This document shows, piece after piece, positions 19,042-29,627 of a stretch of DNA of 64,000 bases. The translations under genes and the position numbers were made by a program. The notes under the pieces were generated by a model that did no database searches, was not told the origin of the DNA, and saw only the letters and a program-made list of their open reading frames with translations. The stretch comes from a bacterium (GTDB taxonomy: Bacteria > Electryoneota > RPQS01), in contig JADJCU010000003.1 in assembly GCA_016703065.1 (NCBI GenBank), positions 137,045-201,044 on the forward strand. Direction: 5' to 3'. Numbering within the stretch: position 1 is the first letter of the stretch; each line of letters opens with the position of its first letter.

Positions 19042-19702
19042 TGCCGAAGTACTCGAAGCCGATTTCCTTCATCTGCTCGGGTTCGAACAGATTTCTTCCG
19101 TCAAACAAGATAGGCCGTTTCAGGAGCGACTTCATTCGCGTGAAGTCCGGCTCGCGGAACTCCTGCCACTCCGTACAAATCAACAGCGCGTCGGCGTCTT
19201 TGAGCGGCGTGTAGTAATCATCGTGGAAATGCGCCTTGTCACCCACCATCGATCGCGCATTCTCCATGGCCTGCGGGTCGTAGACGTGCAACTGCGCGCC
19301 GCGTTCGTGCAGCGCGTCAATCGTGTACAGAGATGGCGCTTCCCGCATGTCGTCGGTCTTCGGCTTGAACGACAAGCCCCAGATCGCGAAGCGCAACCCG
19401 CTCAGGTCCTCTCCGAACTTCTTGACCACCTTGTCAACGAGGCGGAAACGCTGTTGCGTGTTCACCTCGTCAACAGCATGCAGAATCTTGAGCGTATGAT
19501 CGTATTTCTTTCCGATCTTGATCAAGGCCGAAACGTCCTTCGGAAAGCACGAACCGCCGTAGCCAATTCCGGCATACAGGAAATGTGGTCCGATTCGCTT
19601 ATCTGAGCCGATCCCAAAACGCACGTTATTGATGTCCGCGCCGCAGGCCGCACAGGTTCGCGATCTCGTTCGTGAACGTGATCTTGGTCGCGAGCATGGC
19701 AT
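19022..19702 (-). CDS. ugd: UDP-glucose 6-dehydrogenase, C-terminal fragment
   Basis: [37 protein letters not shown] and the downstream UDPG_MGDP_dh C-terminal domain. The first roughly 18 codons of the ORF are out-of-frame read-in. Confidence 0.85.
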   Translation of the reverse strand: MPCSRPRSRSRTRSRTCAACGADINNVRFGIGSDKRIGPHFLYAGIGYGGSCFPKDVSALIKIGKKYDHTLKILHAVDEVNTQQRFRLVDKVVKKFGEDLSGLRFAIWGLSFKPKTDDMREAPSLYTIDALHERGAQLHVYDPQAMENARSMVGDKAHFHDDYYTPLKDADALLICTEWQEFREPDFTRMKSLLKRPILFDGRNLFEPEQMKEIGFEYFGIGRKTV

Positions 19703-20327
19703 TCGCAGCGTACTTCGTCATCTCCGCTGAGCGCACGTCCATTGAAACCACACGGTGCCCGAGGCGGTGGAACGGCGCGTACAGCCGCTTCATAACCTCT
19801 TCAGCGCGTGCGCTTTCAACGCCGATCACGATGCGGTCGGGCTTCATGAAGTCGTTCACCGCATCGCCCTCTTTCAAGAACTCGGGGTTCGAGACGACGT
19901 CAAATTCAACGTTTGTATGCTTGCGAATCGTCTCGCGCACCAAATCGCCCGAGCCAACCGGCACAGTGGACTTGTTTACAACGATCTTATATTCCTTTAT
20001 ACGCTTTCCGATACTCTCCGCGACGGCGAGCACATACTTGAGATCGGCGGATCCATCTTCGCCCGGAGGCGTTCCGACTGCGATCATCAGCACTTCGGAA
20101 TCATCCATGACGGAGTATAGGTCCGTCGTAAACGTGAGACGACCCTGAGCGACATTGCGGTCAAGGTACTCCTTCAAACCAGGTTCGTAAATGGGAACCA
20201 CACCTTGCTTAAGTAGGTCAATCTTGCGCGCGTCGGTATCCACACAGGCGACTTGATTGCCGGATTCAGCCAAACAAGTGCCGGTCACAAGACCGACGTA
20301 GCCGGTTCCAATGACAGTAACTTTCAT
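19626..20327 (-). CDS. ugd: UDP-glucose 6-dehydrogenase, N-terminal fragment (frame break near 19649)
   Basis: [26 protein letters not shown]ossmann start. The sense frame ends at ...FTNEIANLC. Confidence 0.85.
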   Translation of the reverse strand: MKVTVIGTGYVGLVTGTCLAESGNQVACVDTDARKIDLLKQGVVPIYEPGLKEYLDRNVAQGRLTFTTDLYSVMDDSEVLMIAVGTPPGEDGSADLKYVLAVAESIGKRIKEYKIVVNKSTVPVGSGDLVRETIRKHTNVEFDVVSNPEFLKEGDAVNDFMKPDRIVIGVESARAEEVMKRLYAPFHRLGHRVVSMDVRSAEMTKYAANAMLATKITFTNEIANLCGLRRGHQ

Positions 20328-20362
20328 AGTGAGTTGTCTTTTCTGCTTGGAAATATGCGGAA

Positions 20363-20944
20363 CTATATCGTATTGGCGATATGTTCCTTGAGAAACGTGC
20401 TGAGAATGTGATCCAGCACTAAATGGAGATCTTCAACCGGTCCGTATTCACGCGACGCTACGACGACGTTTTGATCGGTCATCGAAGCGAGCTTGCCGCC
20501 GCCGAATCCGATCAATCCAATGGCAGTAACGCCAAGCTCGCGCGCGGCGCTCGCCGCTTCGAGTATATTCGGCGAGTTGCCCGAAGCCGTGATCAGAATC
20601 ACAACATCGCCCTTACGGGCATAGGCGCGCAGCGGCTCCGCAAACACGGCGTTGTAACTTACGTCATTGGCGTAGGCCGTGAGCATCGCCATATTATCAC
20701 CCGGCGCGAGCATCCGAAAGCGTCGCGCGTTGGGAGCGCTTGCTCCTTTAGTGAAGTCGCACACCCAGTGCGTCGCGGTTGTCCAGCTCCCGCCGTTGCC
20801 GCAAACGAAAACGGTCGCGTCGCGGTCATACGCGTCCACAAGAATGGACATGCAGGCTACAACGTCATCGACATTAACGCTGTCCAGAACGGCCTTTAAG
20901 CGTTCAAGATATGCATGAACGTGTGTCGCTTTGTCAGGTGTCAT
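20363..20944 (-). CDS. gmhA: SIS-domain phosphoheptose isomerase
   Basis: [18 protein letters not shown] and [11 protein letters not shown] motifs. ATGA overlap with the upstream kinase gene. Confidence 0.7.
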   Translation of the reverse strand: MTPDKATHVHAYLERLKAVLDSVNVDDVVACMSILVDAYDRDATVFVCGNGGSWTTATHWVCDFTKGASAPNARRFRMLAPGDNMAMLTAYANDVSYNAVFAEPLRAYARKGDVVILITASGNSPNILEAASAARELGVTAIGLIGFGGGKLASMTDQNVVVASREYGPVEDLHLVLDHILSTFLKEHIANTI

Positions 20945-21930
20945 TTGAACGGATAGCGTTTGATGTTAAAGATGACTTTGCTGCCGTCACGTTCTGGCAT
21001 GAACGGCAACTCAAACAGATCGCCCAGCGCCGCGCGAACATGTTCCTGATACGTCGGCGGCACATAAAGTAACAAGAAACCACCGCCACCGGCGCCTGCA
21101 ATCTTACCCCCTATCGCTCCCGCCTGAAGTGCGCGTTGGTACAACGAATCAATCCCATCATCCGAAATCTTCGCCGCCATGCGCTTCTTGAGCTCCCACC
21201 CGTCGTGCAGAAGCCGTCCGACTCCTTCAAAATCTAATGCAATCAGCGCTTGTTCAATTTGATCGACAAGCGGCATCATGGCTTCCAGGATTTCGCGTCT
21301 AGATGTCGTCTGTGATTTCTGTTCGGCCAGAATCTCAGCTGACTTGCGCGTACGGTTAGTGTAAAACAGCATCAGATTGCTTCCGAAATGCCGCAGAGCC
21401 TGCGTCGGAAGGTTGACTGCGGTTTCAAACACCGTTTCGTCAGGATGAAAGACAAACCGCCGCAGTCCGCCGTAGGCCGCGATGTATTGGTCCTGTTTTC
21501 CGATCGGCCGGCCGCACTTCTCGATTTCAATTACGCATGCCTGTCGTGCCAGCACGTCGGCGGTGACTTGTCGACCGAGGTACATGTACATCGCGTTAAG
21601 AAGTCCTACGACCAGCGACGATGACGACCCGAGTCCGCTGCCCTCGGATGGGATATCGGCCAGTGTCGAAATCTCAACGCCGCGTTCAAGTCCCGTCATC
21701 TCCATGGCAGCTTTGATCAGCTCATGCTTGATCTCAGAAACGTCGTCAACCGTCTCGTTCCGCGAGTAGTTCAGAACGATCTTCTCGTCAAATCGCTCCT
21801 TAATGATGACAAAAATATACTTGTCAATCGCGGTCGAGATTACTTGTCCCGCGCCGTGATGATAGTAATCCGGTAGATCGCTGCCGCCTCCGGCAAAGCT
21901 CAAACGAAGAGGTGTTTGCGTGATAACCAT
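20941..21930 (-). CDS. hddA: GHMP-family sugar kinase, D-glycero-D-manno-heptose 7-phosphate kinase-like
   Basis: N-terminal TPLRLSFAGGGSDLPDYY and the GHMP motif PSEGSGLGSSSS. Confidence 0.65.
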   Translation of the reverse strand: MVITQTPLRLSFAGGGSDLPDYYHHGAGQVISTAIDKYIFVIIKERFDEKIVLNYSRNETVDDVSEIKHELIKAAMEMTGLERGVEISTLADIPSEGSGLGSSSSLVVGLLNAMYMYLGRQVTADVLARQACVIEIEKCGRPIGKQDQYIAAYGGLRRFVFHPDETVFETAVNLPTQALRHFGSNLMLFYTNRTRKSAEILAEQKSQTTSRREILEAMMPLVDQIEQALIALDFEGVGRLLHDGWELKKRMAAKISDDGIDSLYQRALQAGAIGGKIAGAGGGGFLLLYVPPTYQEHVRAALGDLFELPFMPERDGSKVIFNIKRYPFK

Positions 21931-21931
21931 A

Positions 21932-22630
21932 CTATTTGCTTTTCATCTGACGCGCACACACGGCGGCGTACGTCTCAGGTGTTCCAATGTCCTGAATATA
22001 TTCGTCCGTAACGTAAGCGTACATTTTGCCGGTCAACTGAGGTAAAACGTGAAAGCCAATATCTGCCGGCGATGAATCCGGAACATACGTGAAAAGTTCG
22101 GGCGACGCGACGTGAATTCCCGAATTGGCGATCGTCGTCTTGGGCCGATTGGGTTTCTCTTCGAAGTCTATAACCTTCCCCCACTCATCCAACTCAAAGA
22201 TGCCACAGCGCTCGGGTTGATCGGTGCGGTATGCCGCGACAACAAGCGGCGGGAAACCGCACTTTCGGTGAAAAGTTCTCAGCCGAAGTAAGTCCATCTC
22301 TGCGAAATTGTCGGCATAGATGATGTAGAACTGCTCTTCGTCAGCAACGAACGATTGCGCATTGCGCAGCGTTCCCGCACTTCCGAGTAGCGTTGGCTCG
22401 AATCCTTCTACGAATCGAAGTCCATGCGGACGCAAGGCGACAAACGCTCGCCCTGGGTCGGCATGATGATGTGTATTGATGTACGCATCGGTGACTCCCG
22501 CCCGTGCAAGCATCTCGCACCAATAGTCAAGCGCAGGTCGCCCGGCAATGGGAAGAAGACACTTCGGAGTCTGGCGAGTCAATTCTCCCAATCGGCTGCC
22601 AACTCCAGCGGCCAAAACGACCGCCTTCAC
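21932..22630 (-). CDS. hddC: sugar-1-phosphate nucleotidyltransferase, heptose-1-phosphate guanylyltransferase-like
   Basis: KAVVLAAGVGSRLGELTRQTPKCLLPIAGRP. The start is set at a GTG that forms a GTGA overlap with the upstream stop (22627-22630); the ORF-track start is 22675. Confidence 0.6.
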   Translation of the reverse strand: MKAVVLAAGVGSRLGELTRQTPKCLLPIAGRPALDYWCEMLARAGVTDAYINTHHHADPGRAFVALRPHGLRFVEGFEPTLLGSAGTLRNAQSFVADEEQFYIIYADNFAEMDLLRLRTFHRKCGFPPLVVAAYRTDQPERCGIFELDEWGKVIDFEEKPNRPKTTIANSGIHVASPELFTYVPDSSPADIGFHVLPQLTGKMYAYVTDEYIQDIGTPETYAAVCARQMKSK

Positions 22631-23571
22631 GCAGATGCCAGAGTCTTTTCGCGCACGGCACGGCACCAGTCCCACGTCTTTCGCAGACCATCGGCAAGCC
22701 GCACTTCAGTCTTCCAACCGAGAATACTCGCCGCTCGCGCGGCATCAAGATATATTGCCTGAATCTCGCCTGTGCGCGGCGGCGCGTAGTTGGCAGGGTC
22801 GCGAAAATCCGCCAACTGTGCAAGCTCTTTGAACAGCGTGTTGACGGAGGTCCCGGCGCCTGAACCGATATTCATGATCTCGCCGTCGCCTGCTTCGAGC
22901 GCCAGTATGTTCGCGCGCACAACGTCTGAAACATAGACGTAGTCTCGAAGCTGTTCACCGTCGCCGTAAATCGTCGGCGTCCTGCCCTCAAGCAGCACTC
23001 CTGCGAATATTGCGATGACACCCGCTTCACCGTGCGGATTCTGCCTCGGTCCGAAGACGTTAGGATAGCGCAACACTGTATATCGAAATCCATAGAGCAG
23101 CCGGTACAGTTCAAGGTAATGCTCAACCGTGTGTTTTGAAATACCGTATGCGCACTCCGGATGAATCGGATGCTGCTCGCTCACCGGCAAGTTGGACGGT
23201 TCACCGTACACAGCGCCGCCCGTCGAAATGTAGATCAACTTCTTCACGCCGTGCTTGTGCGCAGATGAAATCACGTTGATTGATCCAACGATATTGGACT
23301 GCGCGTCAAAGACCGGATCAAGCAATGATTTCCGCACGTCCATCTGTGCGGCGTGGTGATCAATCACATCCGGTCGAAAGGCGCTGACGACCCTGTCTAC
23401 GGCCTGCGCGTCGCGAATGTCGACTTCGAAGAAAACCGCCATTTCAGGCACATTCTCCCGGAATCCTGTGCTGAGATTGTCAAGCACCGCGACCTCATGT
23501 CCCTCCGCAATGAAACCGTCGGCTACATGCGACGCAATAAACCCCGCCCCACCTGTGACCAATATTCTCAT
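22627..23571 (-). CDS. NAD-dependent epimerase/dehydratase (extended SDR, GalE-like)
   Basis: MRILVTGGAGFIASHV Rossmann motif and catalytic YGISK. Confidence 0.8.
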   Translation of the reverse strand: MRILVTGGAGFIASHVADGFIAEGHEVAVLDNLSTGFRENVPEMAVFFEVDIRDAQAVDRVVSAFRPDVIDHHAAQMDVRKSLLDPVFDAQSNIVGSINVISSAHKHGVKKLIYISTGGAVYGEPSNLPVSEQHPIHPECAYGISKHTVEHYLELYRLLYGFRYTVLRYPNVFGPRQNPHGEAGVIAIFAGVLLEGRTPTIYGDGEQLRDYVYVSDVVRANILALEAGDGEIMNIGSGAGTSVNTLFKELAQLADFRDPANYAPPRTGEIQAIYLDAARAASILGWKTEVRLADGLRKTWDWCRAVREKTLASA

Positions 23572-23572
23572 C

Positions 23573-24733
23573 TTAGGCTGTTGCTCCCTTTGCAGGTCGT
23601 ACTACGTTGAGTGACTGCATCCGCTGTTCAGCGAAGTCCATGATGTCGTCTATATCGGTCTGCGCTTCGAGGTATGCGCGGTATTCACGTACAGAATCCT
23701 CAGCGGTGCGGGTCGCCGACCAGCCCAACGCCTGAAGTTTGTTCACGTCAGAAATGATATGCCTCGTATCTCCAAACCGATACAAACCCGGCAGGCGTGG
23801 ATTCAAATCCTCTTTGCCAAAAACTTTGGCAACGATCGAACAGAACTCGGTGACGGTGTATGCTCGCCCACTGCCAACATTGAACATCTCATAATTCGCA
23901 CGATCATCTTCAAGCACTTTCAGATTCGCTTGAATAACGTCATGGATATTGACAAAGTCGCGGACCTGCAAACCGTCCTCGTAAATCAACGGGGCGCGGT
24001 CAAAGAAATAGCTTAGCGAAAATATCCGGCACGCGCCAGAGTAGTTGTTGTAAAAGCTCTGTCGCGGTCCCTGCACAATTGAAAAGCGCATGGCGACTGA
24101 GGGAATATCATACCGCTTGCCAAACGCCAGAGTCATAAGCTCCTGCGAGTATTTTGACAGCGCATATTGATTCAGCGGCTTCGCATCCGTCTCAGGAGTC
24201 GCCTGCCAATGCAGAATCTCCTGCGTGCGCGGGTCACGAAAATCCCAGCGGCCCACATCCAAATCCGCTACAGGTCGCAACTCGGGATGAAAAAGTGTGC
24301 CGTCTTTGGCGGCATAGCGCCCTTCACCCGCGACGGCTTGAGATGAAGCTACGACGACCTTCTTGACGGGCAACTTGTGCTCGACGATCAGCTCGTAAAT
24401 CAGCGCCGTGCCCACGCTGTTTACCCAAAAGAACTTCGAGAAATCGGGGAGATAATCCTGGTAGGCGGCAAAATGGTAGACAGCTTCCACGCCTTCAAGC
24501 GCTTCACGCATTTTCTCGCGATCCCGCACGTCGCCTTCGATGAATTTAACTTTCGCGGGAATATACGCGGGCTTTCCTTTCATGTGCACCGGCTTTTCCA
24601 AGCTGTCCAAAATGGTCACATCATAGCCGCGGCGCAAAAGCTCATCCGTCGTATGTGATCCGATAAATCCGGCGCCGCCGGTGACTAATACACGCAAGTG
24701 AGTCCTTTTTCGATTAGTGCGCGCCGCGCCCAA
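23573..24733 (-). CDS. NAD-dependent epimerase/dehydratase (extended SDR)
   Basis: RVLVTGGAGFIGSHTTDELLRRGY and YALSK catalytic motif. 386 aa. Confidence 0.8.
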   Translation of the reverse strand: MGAARTNRKRTHLRVLVTGGAGFIGSHTTDELLRRGYDVTILDSLEKPVHMKGKPAYIPAKVKFIEGDVRDREKMREALEGVEAVYHFAAYQDYLPDFSKFFWVNSVGTALIYELIVEHKLPVKKVVVASSQAVAGEGRYAAKDGTLFHPELRPVADLDVGRWDFRDPRTQEILHWQATPETDAKPLNQYALSKYSQELMTLAFGKRYDIPSVAMRFSIVQGPRQSFYNNYSGACRIFSLSYFFDRAPLIYEDGLQVRDFVNIHDVIQANLKVLEDDRANYEMFNVGSGRAYTVTEFCSIVAKVFGKEDLNPRLPGLYRFGDTRHIISDVNKLQALGWSATRTAEDSVREYRAYLEAQTDIDDIMDFAEQRMQSLNVVRPAKGATA

Positions 24734-26144
24734 GCAGTACGGCGGGAATCGTCTTCATCAGTATCTTGAAATCAAGCCAGAGTGTCCAATTGTCAATGTA
24801 GGCCAAATCGAGCTTCACCCATTCGTCAAAATCGGTGATACCGCTGCGTCCTGAGATCTGCCACAAACACGTCAGGCCGGGTTTTACAGCGAGTTTGCGG
24901 CGGTGCCAGCTGTCGAAGCGCGGCAGCTCCGTTTCAAGCGGTGGACGCGGGCCGACAATCGACATGTCTCCTTTGAGCACACTCCACAGCTGCGGCAGTT
25001 CATCCAGACTGAACTTGCGTAGGTACCGGCCAATGATCGTGATACGCGGATCGTTCTTGATTTTGAACACCGCGCCTTTCATTTCGTTCTGCGCTTCAAG
25101 TTTCGCCTTCAAAATGTCGGCGTCAACAACCATCGTGCGGAATTTGTAGCCCGTGAACTTTTCCTTGTTAAAGCCCACTACATTCCAGCGATAAAAGATC
25201 GGTCCGCCATCCTGAATTTTGATGGCGAGGGCGATTAGCAGAAGAAGCGGCAGCAACAGAATGAGCATGAAACCTGAGAACGCAATGTCAAACAATCGCT
25301 TGACGAGAATCTGCCACTCTTTGTGCCTCATCGACGTATAAATCAGCACTGGTTGGTCGTATTGAATCTCGGTCGAAACGTGAGCCACGAGATTCGAGAA
25401 CCAATTCGACAGAATCACGGCGCGCACGCCTTCCTGCTCGCACAGGGCCAACATGTCGGTGCAATCGGCAATTCGTTTCGTAGGAACGGCGAAAACGACT
25501 TCGTCAATAGTATGTTCGTGGAGAATCGCTGGCAAGTCCGCCGGTGTGCCAAGCCGCACAGTTTCCGGCGGGCAGGCATCACCTGACGTGTGTTCCGTGT
25601 CTACGAATCCGACGAGCACCACTGCCAGGTCGGGCTGTTCACTTACTGTCTTGATAAAGCGACTTGCCTTCTCTTCCGCGCCGATGATCAAAACACGTTT
25701 GCTGAATCCACCACCCGCGCGAATGTGCTCTCGGATACCGCGAAAGAACACCCGATTAACCGTCAGCAGAATCGCGTTGATGAGCATAAAAAGGAAGATG
25801 ATCGAACGCGATGGTAACTCAATCCGCAGAACATAACTGGCAGCAAACAGGCACACTGTGCCAAGCACGGCAGTGCGGGTCCCGAGCTTGAAATCGTGCC
25901 ACATTGACGCCGGCCGAATATCCTGATACGACCTCTGCATGTCAAGCAGCAGCCACCAGATGGGTATCAGCAGCGCAAGCACTTCGTAGTAGTTATGTAC
26001 TGAGAGCGCACTGCCAAAGAAATATAACGAGCGAGTCTCGGTGCGGACCGCGAATGCGAGGACAAACGAGACGGCCGTGAGCAACAGATCTCCAAGTAAG
26101 TTGAAGACCCGCAGCCAAATAGTTTTCTCGATGTTCTTAGGCAT
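24714..26144 (-). CDS. polyprenyl-phosphate glycosyl-1-phosphate transferase (priming sugar transferase, WbaP/EpsL-like)
   Basis: N-terminal TM segments, then the C-terminal Bac_transf domain: KFRTM, DELPQLWSVLKGDMSIVGPRPP. Confidence 0.85.
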   Translation of the reverse strand: MPKNIEKTIWLRVFNLLGDLLLTAVSFVLAFAVRTETRSLYFFGSALSVHNYYEVLALLIPIWWLLLDMQRSYQDIRPASMWHDFKLGTRTAVLGTVCLFAASYVLRIELPSRSIIFLFMLINAILLTVNRVFFRGIREHIRAGGGFSKRVLIIGAEEKASRFIKTVSEQPDLAVVLVGFVDTEHTSGDACPPETVRLGTPADLPAILHEHTIDEVVFAVPTKRIADCTDMLALCEQEGVRAVILSNWFSNLVAHVSTEIQYDQPVLIYTSMRHKEWQILVKRLFDIAFSGFMLILLLPLLLLIALAIKIQDGGPIFYRWNVVGFNKEKFTGYKFRTMVVDADILKAKLEAQNEMKGAVFKIKNDPRITIIGRYLRKFSLDELPQLWSVLKGDMSIVGPRPPLETELPRFDSWHRRKLAVKPGLTCLWQISGRSGITDFDEWVKLDLAYIDNWTLWLDFKILMKTIPAVLLGRGAH

Positions 26145-26162
26145 GTCGCGGATGGTACTCCG

Positions 26163-26456
26163 TTACGCTCCCGAGCCGCCGTAAAAAGCGCGCACGGCGT
26201 CGCACACTTCAGCGACCTCCGCGTCCGTCAGCTCGGAAGACATCGGCAGCGCCACGGTCTCTTTGGCGAGCATCTCTGAAACCGGGAAACTGCCCTCCTT
26301 GTAGCCAAGATCGCTGAAACACTTCTGCAAATGCAGCGGTACGGGATAGTAAATCATGTTCCCAATGCCGCGTGACTTCAGGAACTCCATCAATTCGTCA
26401 CGACGCGGCGCGCGCAGAACGTATTGATGATAAGTGAACCGCGCCGGGTTCTTCAA
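26163..26456 (-). CDS. DegT/DnrJ/EryC1/StrS aminotransferase, C-terminal fragment
   Basis: FTYHQYVLRAPRRDELMEFLKSRGIGNMIYYPVPLHLQ is the C-terminal half of sugar aminotransferases. Confidence 0.75.
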   Translation of the reverse strand: MKNPARFTYHQYVLRAPRRDELMEFLKSRGIGNMIYYPVPLHLQKCFSDLGYKEGSFPVSEMLAKETVALPMSSELTDAEVAEVCDAVRAFYGGSGA

Positions 26457-27273
26457 ACGGAGTCACGGCAGGGGTACCTGTCAGGCCGTCGTTGTAGAGC
26501 TTGGCCAATGCCCGCCGCCGCTTATTCCACGTTTCAAGATGCTTGAACTTGATCAACAGCACCGCTGCTTGAAGTTCGTCGAGTCGGCCGCAGATACCAA
26601 TCTGATCATGGTAATAGCGGTCTTTCCCGCCGTGAACGCGGTTGATCCGCACGTCGTGCGCAAGGTTCTCATCGCGAGCGAGGACCATGCCGCCGTCACC
26701 CGCGCCGCCAAGATTCTTTGTTGGATAGAAAGAGAAGCAGCCGAAATCGCCGAATCCTCCGGCAACGACGCCGTTAAACGTCGCTCCCACGGCCTGCGCT
26801 GCATCTTCGATGATAAGCAGGTTGTGCTTCTTCGCGACCGCAGTCCACTTGGCAGGGTCCACCATCTGTCCAAACAAATGCACAGGCATTAGTGCGCGCG
26901 TCCGCGGCGTAACAACAGACTCAAGCTGATCCGCCCGCGCATTAAACGTTCGCTCGTCCACATCGACAAACACCGGCTTAGCTCCGCCCCGCACAATTGA
27001 ACTCGCGGTCGCGAAAAACGTGTACGGAGTTGTAACAACTTCGTCGCCGGCTTTGGGCTTCAAAGCCATCACAGCCAGTAATAGGGCGTCCGTGCCTGAC
27101 GACACGCCGATACCGTACGGCACGCCTGCCAGCGCGGCCATCTTTTCTTCAAGGCCTTTGCCGCGACTTCCTAATATGAAACTCTGTGTTTCGAAAATCT
27201 GCGTCACTTCCGCCAGCACTTCTTCACGAATCTGGCGAAACTGCGCTTGCAGATTCAACATTCCTACGCTCAT
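26398..27273 (-). CDS. DegT/DnrJ/EryC1/StrS aminotransferase, N-terminal fragment (frame break about 26439-26448)
   Basis: LNLQAQFRQIREEV start, GVSSGTDALLLA, and PLP-lysine motif FSFYPTKNLG. ATGA overlap with the upstream epimerase stop. Confidence 0.8.
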   Translation of the reverse strand: MSVGMLNLQAQFRQIREEVLAEVTQIFETQSFILGSRGKGLEEKMAALAGVPYGIGVSSGTDALLLAVMALKPKAGDEVVTTPYTFFATASSIVRGGAKPVFVDVDERTFNARADQLESVVTPRTRALMPVHLFGQMVDPAKWTAVAKKHNLLIIEDAAQAVGATFNGVVAGGFGDFGCFSFYPTKNLGGAGDGGMVLARDENLAHDVRINRVHGGKDRYYHDQIGICGRLDELQAAVLLIKFKHLETWNKRRRALAKLYNDGLTGTPAVTPFEEPGAVHLSSIRSARAAS

Positions 27274-28217
27274 GAATTTGCCCTCAATAAGTACTCGACC
27301 GTTTTGCGCAGGCCGTCGTGCATCGTCACAAGCACGTGATAACCCATGGCCTGCTGAATCTTGGTAATGTCCGCCAGCGAATCCCGCACGTCACCGGCCC
27401 GTGTCGGCTCATGAGTTGGAGCGACGGACTTGTTCAACGCTTCCCCGATGCCGCCCAACACGTCAAGCAGCGAATAGCGCGCCCCGCAGGCCACATTAAA
27501 AAACTGGCCCGCAACCTTTTCCGCCGGAGCTGCGCACGCGAGCAGATTTGCGCTTACTGCATTGTCGACGTACGTGAAGTCGCGCGACTGCTTGCCGTCG
27601 CCATGAACTATGGGGGACGTGCCGTTCAGTGCGTGAGTTATGAAAAGCGGTATTACTGCCGCATACTGCGACTTGGGATCCTGCCTCGGACCGAAGATAT
27701 TGAAATAGCGCAACGCCACCGTTTCAAGGCCGTAGACGGCATGAAACGCAGCGCAGTACTTCTCTGTGGCGAGTTTACTCACGGCATACGGCGACAGCGG
27801 CAGCACCGGCATCGCCTCGATCTTTGGCAATGTTGGTGTGTTGCCATAGACTGACGAGCTTGACGCCGCGACGACGCGCTTAACGCCCGCGTCGCGCGCC
27901 GCGATAAGCACATTCAATGTGCCGCGAATATTCACTTCGTTAGTCGTAACCGGATCGGCGATCGATCTCGGCACCGACCCGAGCGCGGCCTGATGCAGCA
28001 CGTAGTCGCAACCTTGCATCGCTCGCGCAACCGCAACTTCGTCCCGCAGGTCGCCTTCGTGCAGGTCGATGTCGTTCACTAAGGCCGTGAGGTTCTCGCG
28101 CCTGCCCGTCGCAAAGTTATCAAACACCCGCACGCGCGCGCCGCGCTTCAGAAGTTCTTCGACAATATTTGATCCGATGAAACCGGCGCCGCCGGTGATA
28201 AGATAGGTTGACGGCAT
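27270..28217 (-). CDS. UDP-N-acetylglucosamine(uronate) 4-epimerase-like SDR (WbpP/TviC-like)
   Basis: YLITGGAGFIGSNIVEELLKRGARVRVFDNFATGRRENL and YAVSK. Confidence 0.75.
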   Translation of the reverse strand: MPSTYLITGGAGFIGSNIVEELLKRGARVRVFDNFATGRRENLTALVNDIDLHEGDLRDEVAVARAMQGCDYVLHQAALGSVPRSIADPVTTNEVNIRGTLNVLIAARDAGVKRVVAASSSSVYGNTPTLPKIEAMPVLPLSPYAVSKLATEKYCAAFHAVYGLETVALRYFNIFGPRQDPKSQYAAVIPLFITHALNGTSPIVHGDGKQSRDFTYVDNAVSANLLACAAPAEKVAGQFFNVACGARYSLLDVLGGIGEALNKSVAPTHEPTRAGDVRDSLADITKIQQAMGYHVLVTMHDGLRKTVEYLLRANS

Positions 28218-28220
28218 GAG

Positions 28221-29624
28221 CTATTTCTTGGCCGGATCGGGTCTCACGTAGGTGTAACAAGGGTTGATCATGCCGCGAATGGCCGCGAACATGTATTCGA
28301 GTTGACCCTGACCCAACTTCGAGTGGCAAGGCAAGGCAATCAACTCTTCCGCGTCGTCAATCTCCGTCGTGACTCCAAAAGCCGCCAGGCGCTCGTGAAT
28401 GGCGCGCACGGAATACGGTTCGTTGGATCGCATGACATAAGTATCAGGTGCCGACTGTCCCGGAATCGGCGCGTGCATGCCCGTGAGCGCAAACAGCGTG
28501 GATAGCGCCGCAAGGTTCGCCTGACGGCCGCGCAACTCGCGGTCACGCTTTCGCCAATGGATCTGCAATCCCTCCCGAACACGATTGCGCTTCGTCACGT
28601 CAAGACAGTGAAATCGATCCCATACCGTCTTGTCCGGAAAATACCGCCCGGCCAGCGCGGCTCCATACGAAAGCGGCAACCAGCGGGAGAAGTCATAAAC
28701 AGAAAACGCTCCGAAGTTTCCCGGTCGTGATTGCTCGTCCGATGCGAGCAGTGCATCTCGACAATCCTCGATCAGCGGTTCGCTGAGAAGACTTAGGGAC
28801 TCGGCTTCTCCGCAGAGGTGTCCCCAGCGATGCGCCGCCACTCGCGCGCCGCAAAATTCTGCGCGCGCGACAAAACGCCATTGATCTCCGAACAGATCAT
28901 TCAAGCCCTTAACGTAGGACGCTTCGCCAATTGATGCCCACACTCCAATTGTAGAACCTTTCTCCACATCCGCGGCCCGTAGCGCCGATTGAAACGCGTA
29001 TGGCCATGACGGCATATACGTGAATTCGGCGTCAAAAAATTCCCATAGCGCGGTGTTGATCGCAATCACCTGCTCCTCGGGCGCGTCCAGGTCTTCGCCG
29101 CTGAATGGCGCGAGTGCAATTCGCGGGCGCGTGTCCTCCGGCGGCGAGCGAAAAAGAATCGGATACGGCTGCGTGCAATACTTCTGAAAGTAATGCTGCA
29201 ATTCGTTGCGAAAACTAACTCCTACGTCGAGATACTCGAAACTGCTTTTCTCATATTCACAGACAACATGCCAGAATAGGTAGGCATTCGCTTCGATCTC
29301 ACGGCCCTTTTCGTTCGTGCCGCCGTAGTGATAAAAGAGAGTGTTGGGAGTAACGGGCGTGACAATGATCCCGCCGACGAGCTCCTGCCCGACATAGGCG
29401 AGGAAAAGCCTCTGTTCCGCTTCCAAGGCGGGCGTGAGCGTCTCCGGATCATACCAAAGCTGAGCCATCAAACTCAAGTCGCGGCTCTCCTCGACTCGAA
29501 TGCCGGCATTCTGCGCCTTGCGAATGCCTTGCTTGGCGCGGGAACGGAGTTCTTTCCACGCGTGCTCGCGATTCAAATGCAGAAGCGAGCCGCGAGTGAC
29601 GATATCTTTGCCGACGTATTGCAC
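28221..29624 (-). CDS. hypothetical two-region protein (FemAB/GNAT-like N-terminal part; C-terminal part reminiscent of DegT fold)
   Basis: The N-terminal roughly 170 aa resemble Acetyltransf_6/FemAB-like proteins (LFLAYVGQELVGGIIV...LFYHYGGT...ANAYLFWH). The remainder is unassigned. Embedded in the polysaccharide operon with 3-nt gaps on both sides. Confidence 0.45.
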   Translation of the reverse strand: MQYVGKDIVTRGSLLHLNREHAWKELRSRAKQGIRKAQNAGIRVEESRDLSLMAQLWYDPETLTPALEAEQRLFLAYVGQELVGGIIVTPVTPNTLFYHYGGTNEKGREIEANAYLFWHVVCEYEKSSFEYLDVGVSFRNELQHYFQKYCTQPYPILFRSPPEDTRPRIALAPFSGEDLDAPEEQVIAINTALWEFFDAEFTYMPSWPYAFQSALRAADVEKGSTIGVWASIGEASYVKGLNDLFGDQWRFVARAEFCGARVAAHRWGHLCGEAESLSLLSEPLIEDCRDALLASDEQSRPGNFGAFSVYDFSRWLPLSYGAALAGRYFPDKTVWDRFHCLDVTKRNRVREGLQIHWRKRDRELRGRQANLAALSTLFALTGMHAPIPGQSAPDTYVMRSNEPYSVRAIHERLAAFGVTTEIDDAEELIALPCHSKLGQGQLEYMFAAIRGMINPCYTYVRPDPAKK

Positions 29625-29627
29625 GGA

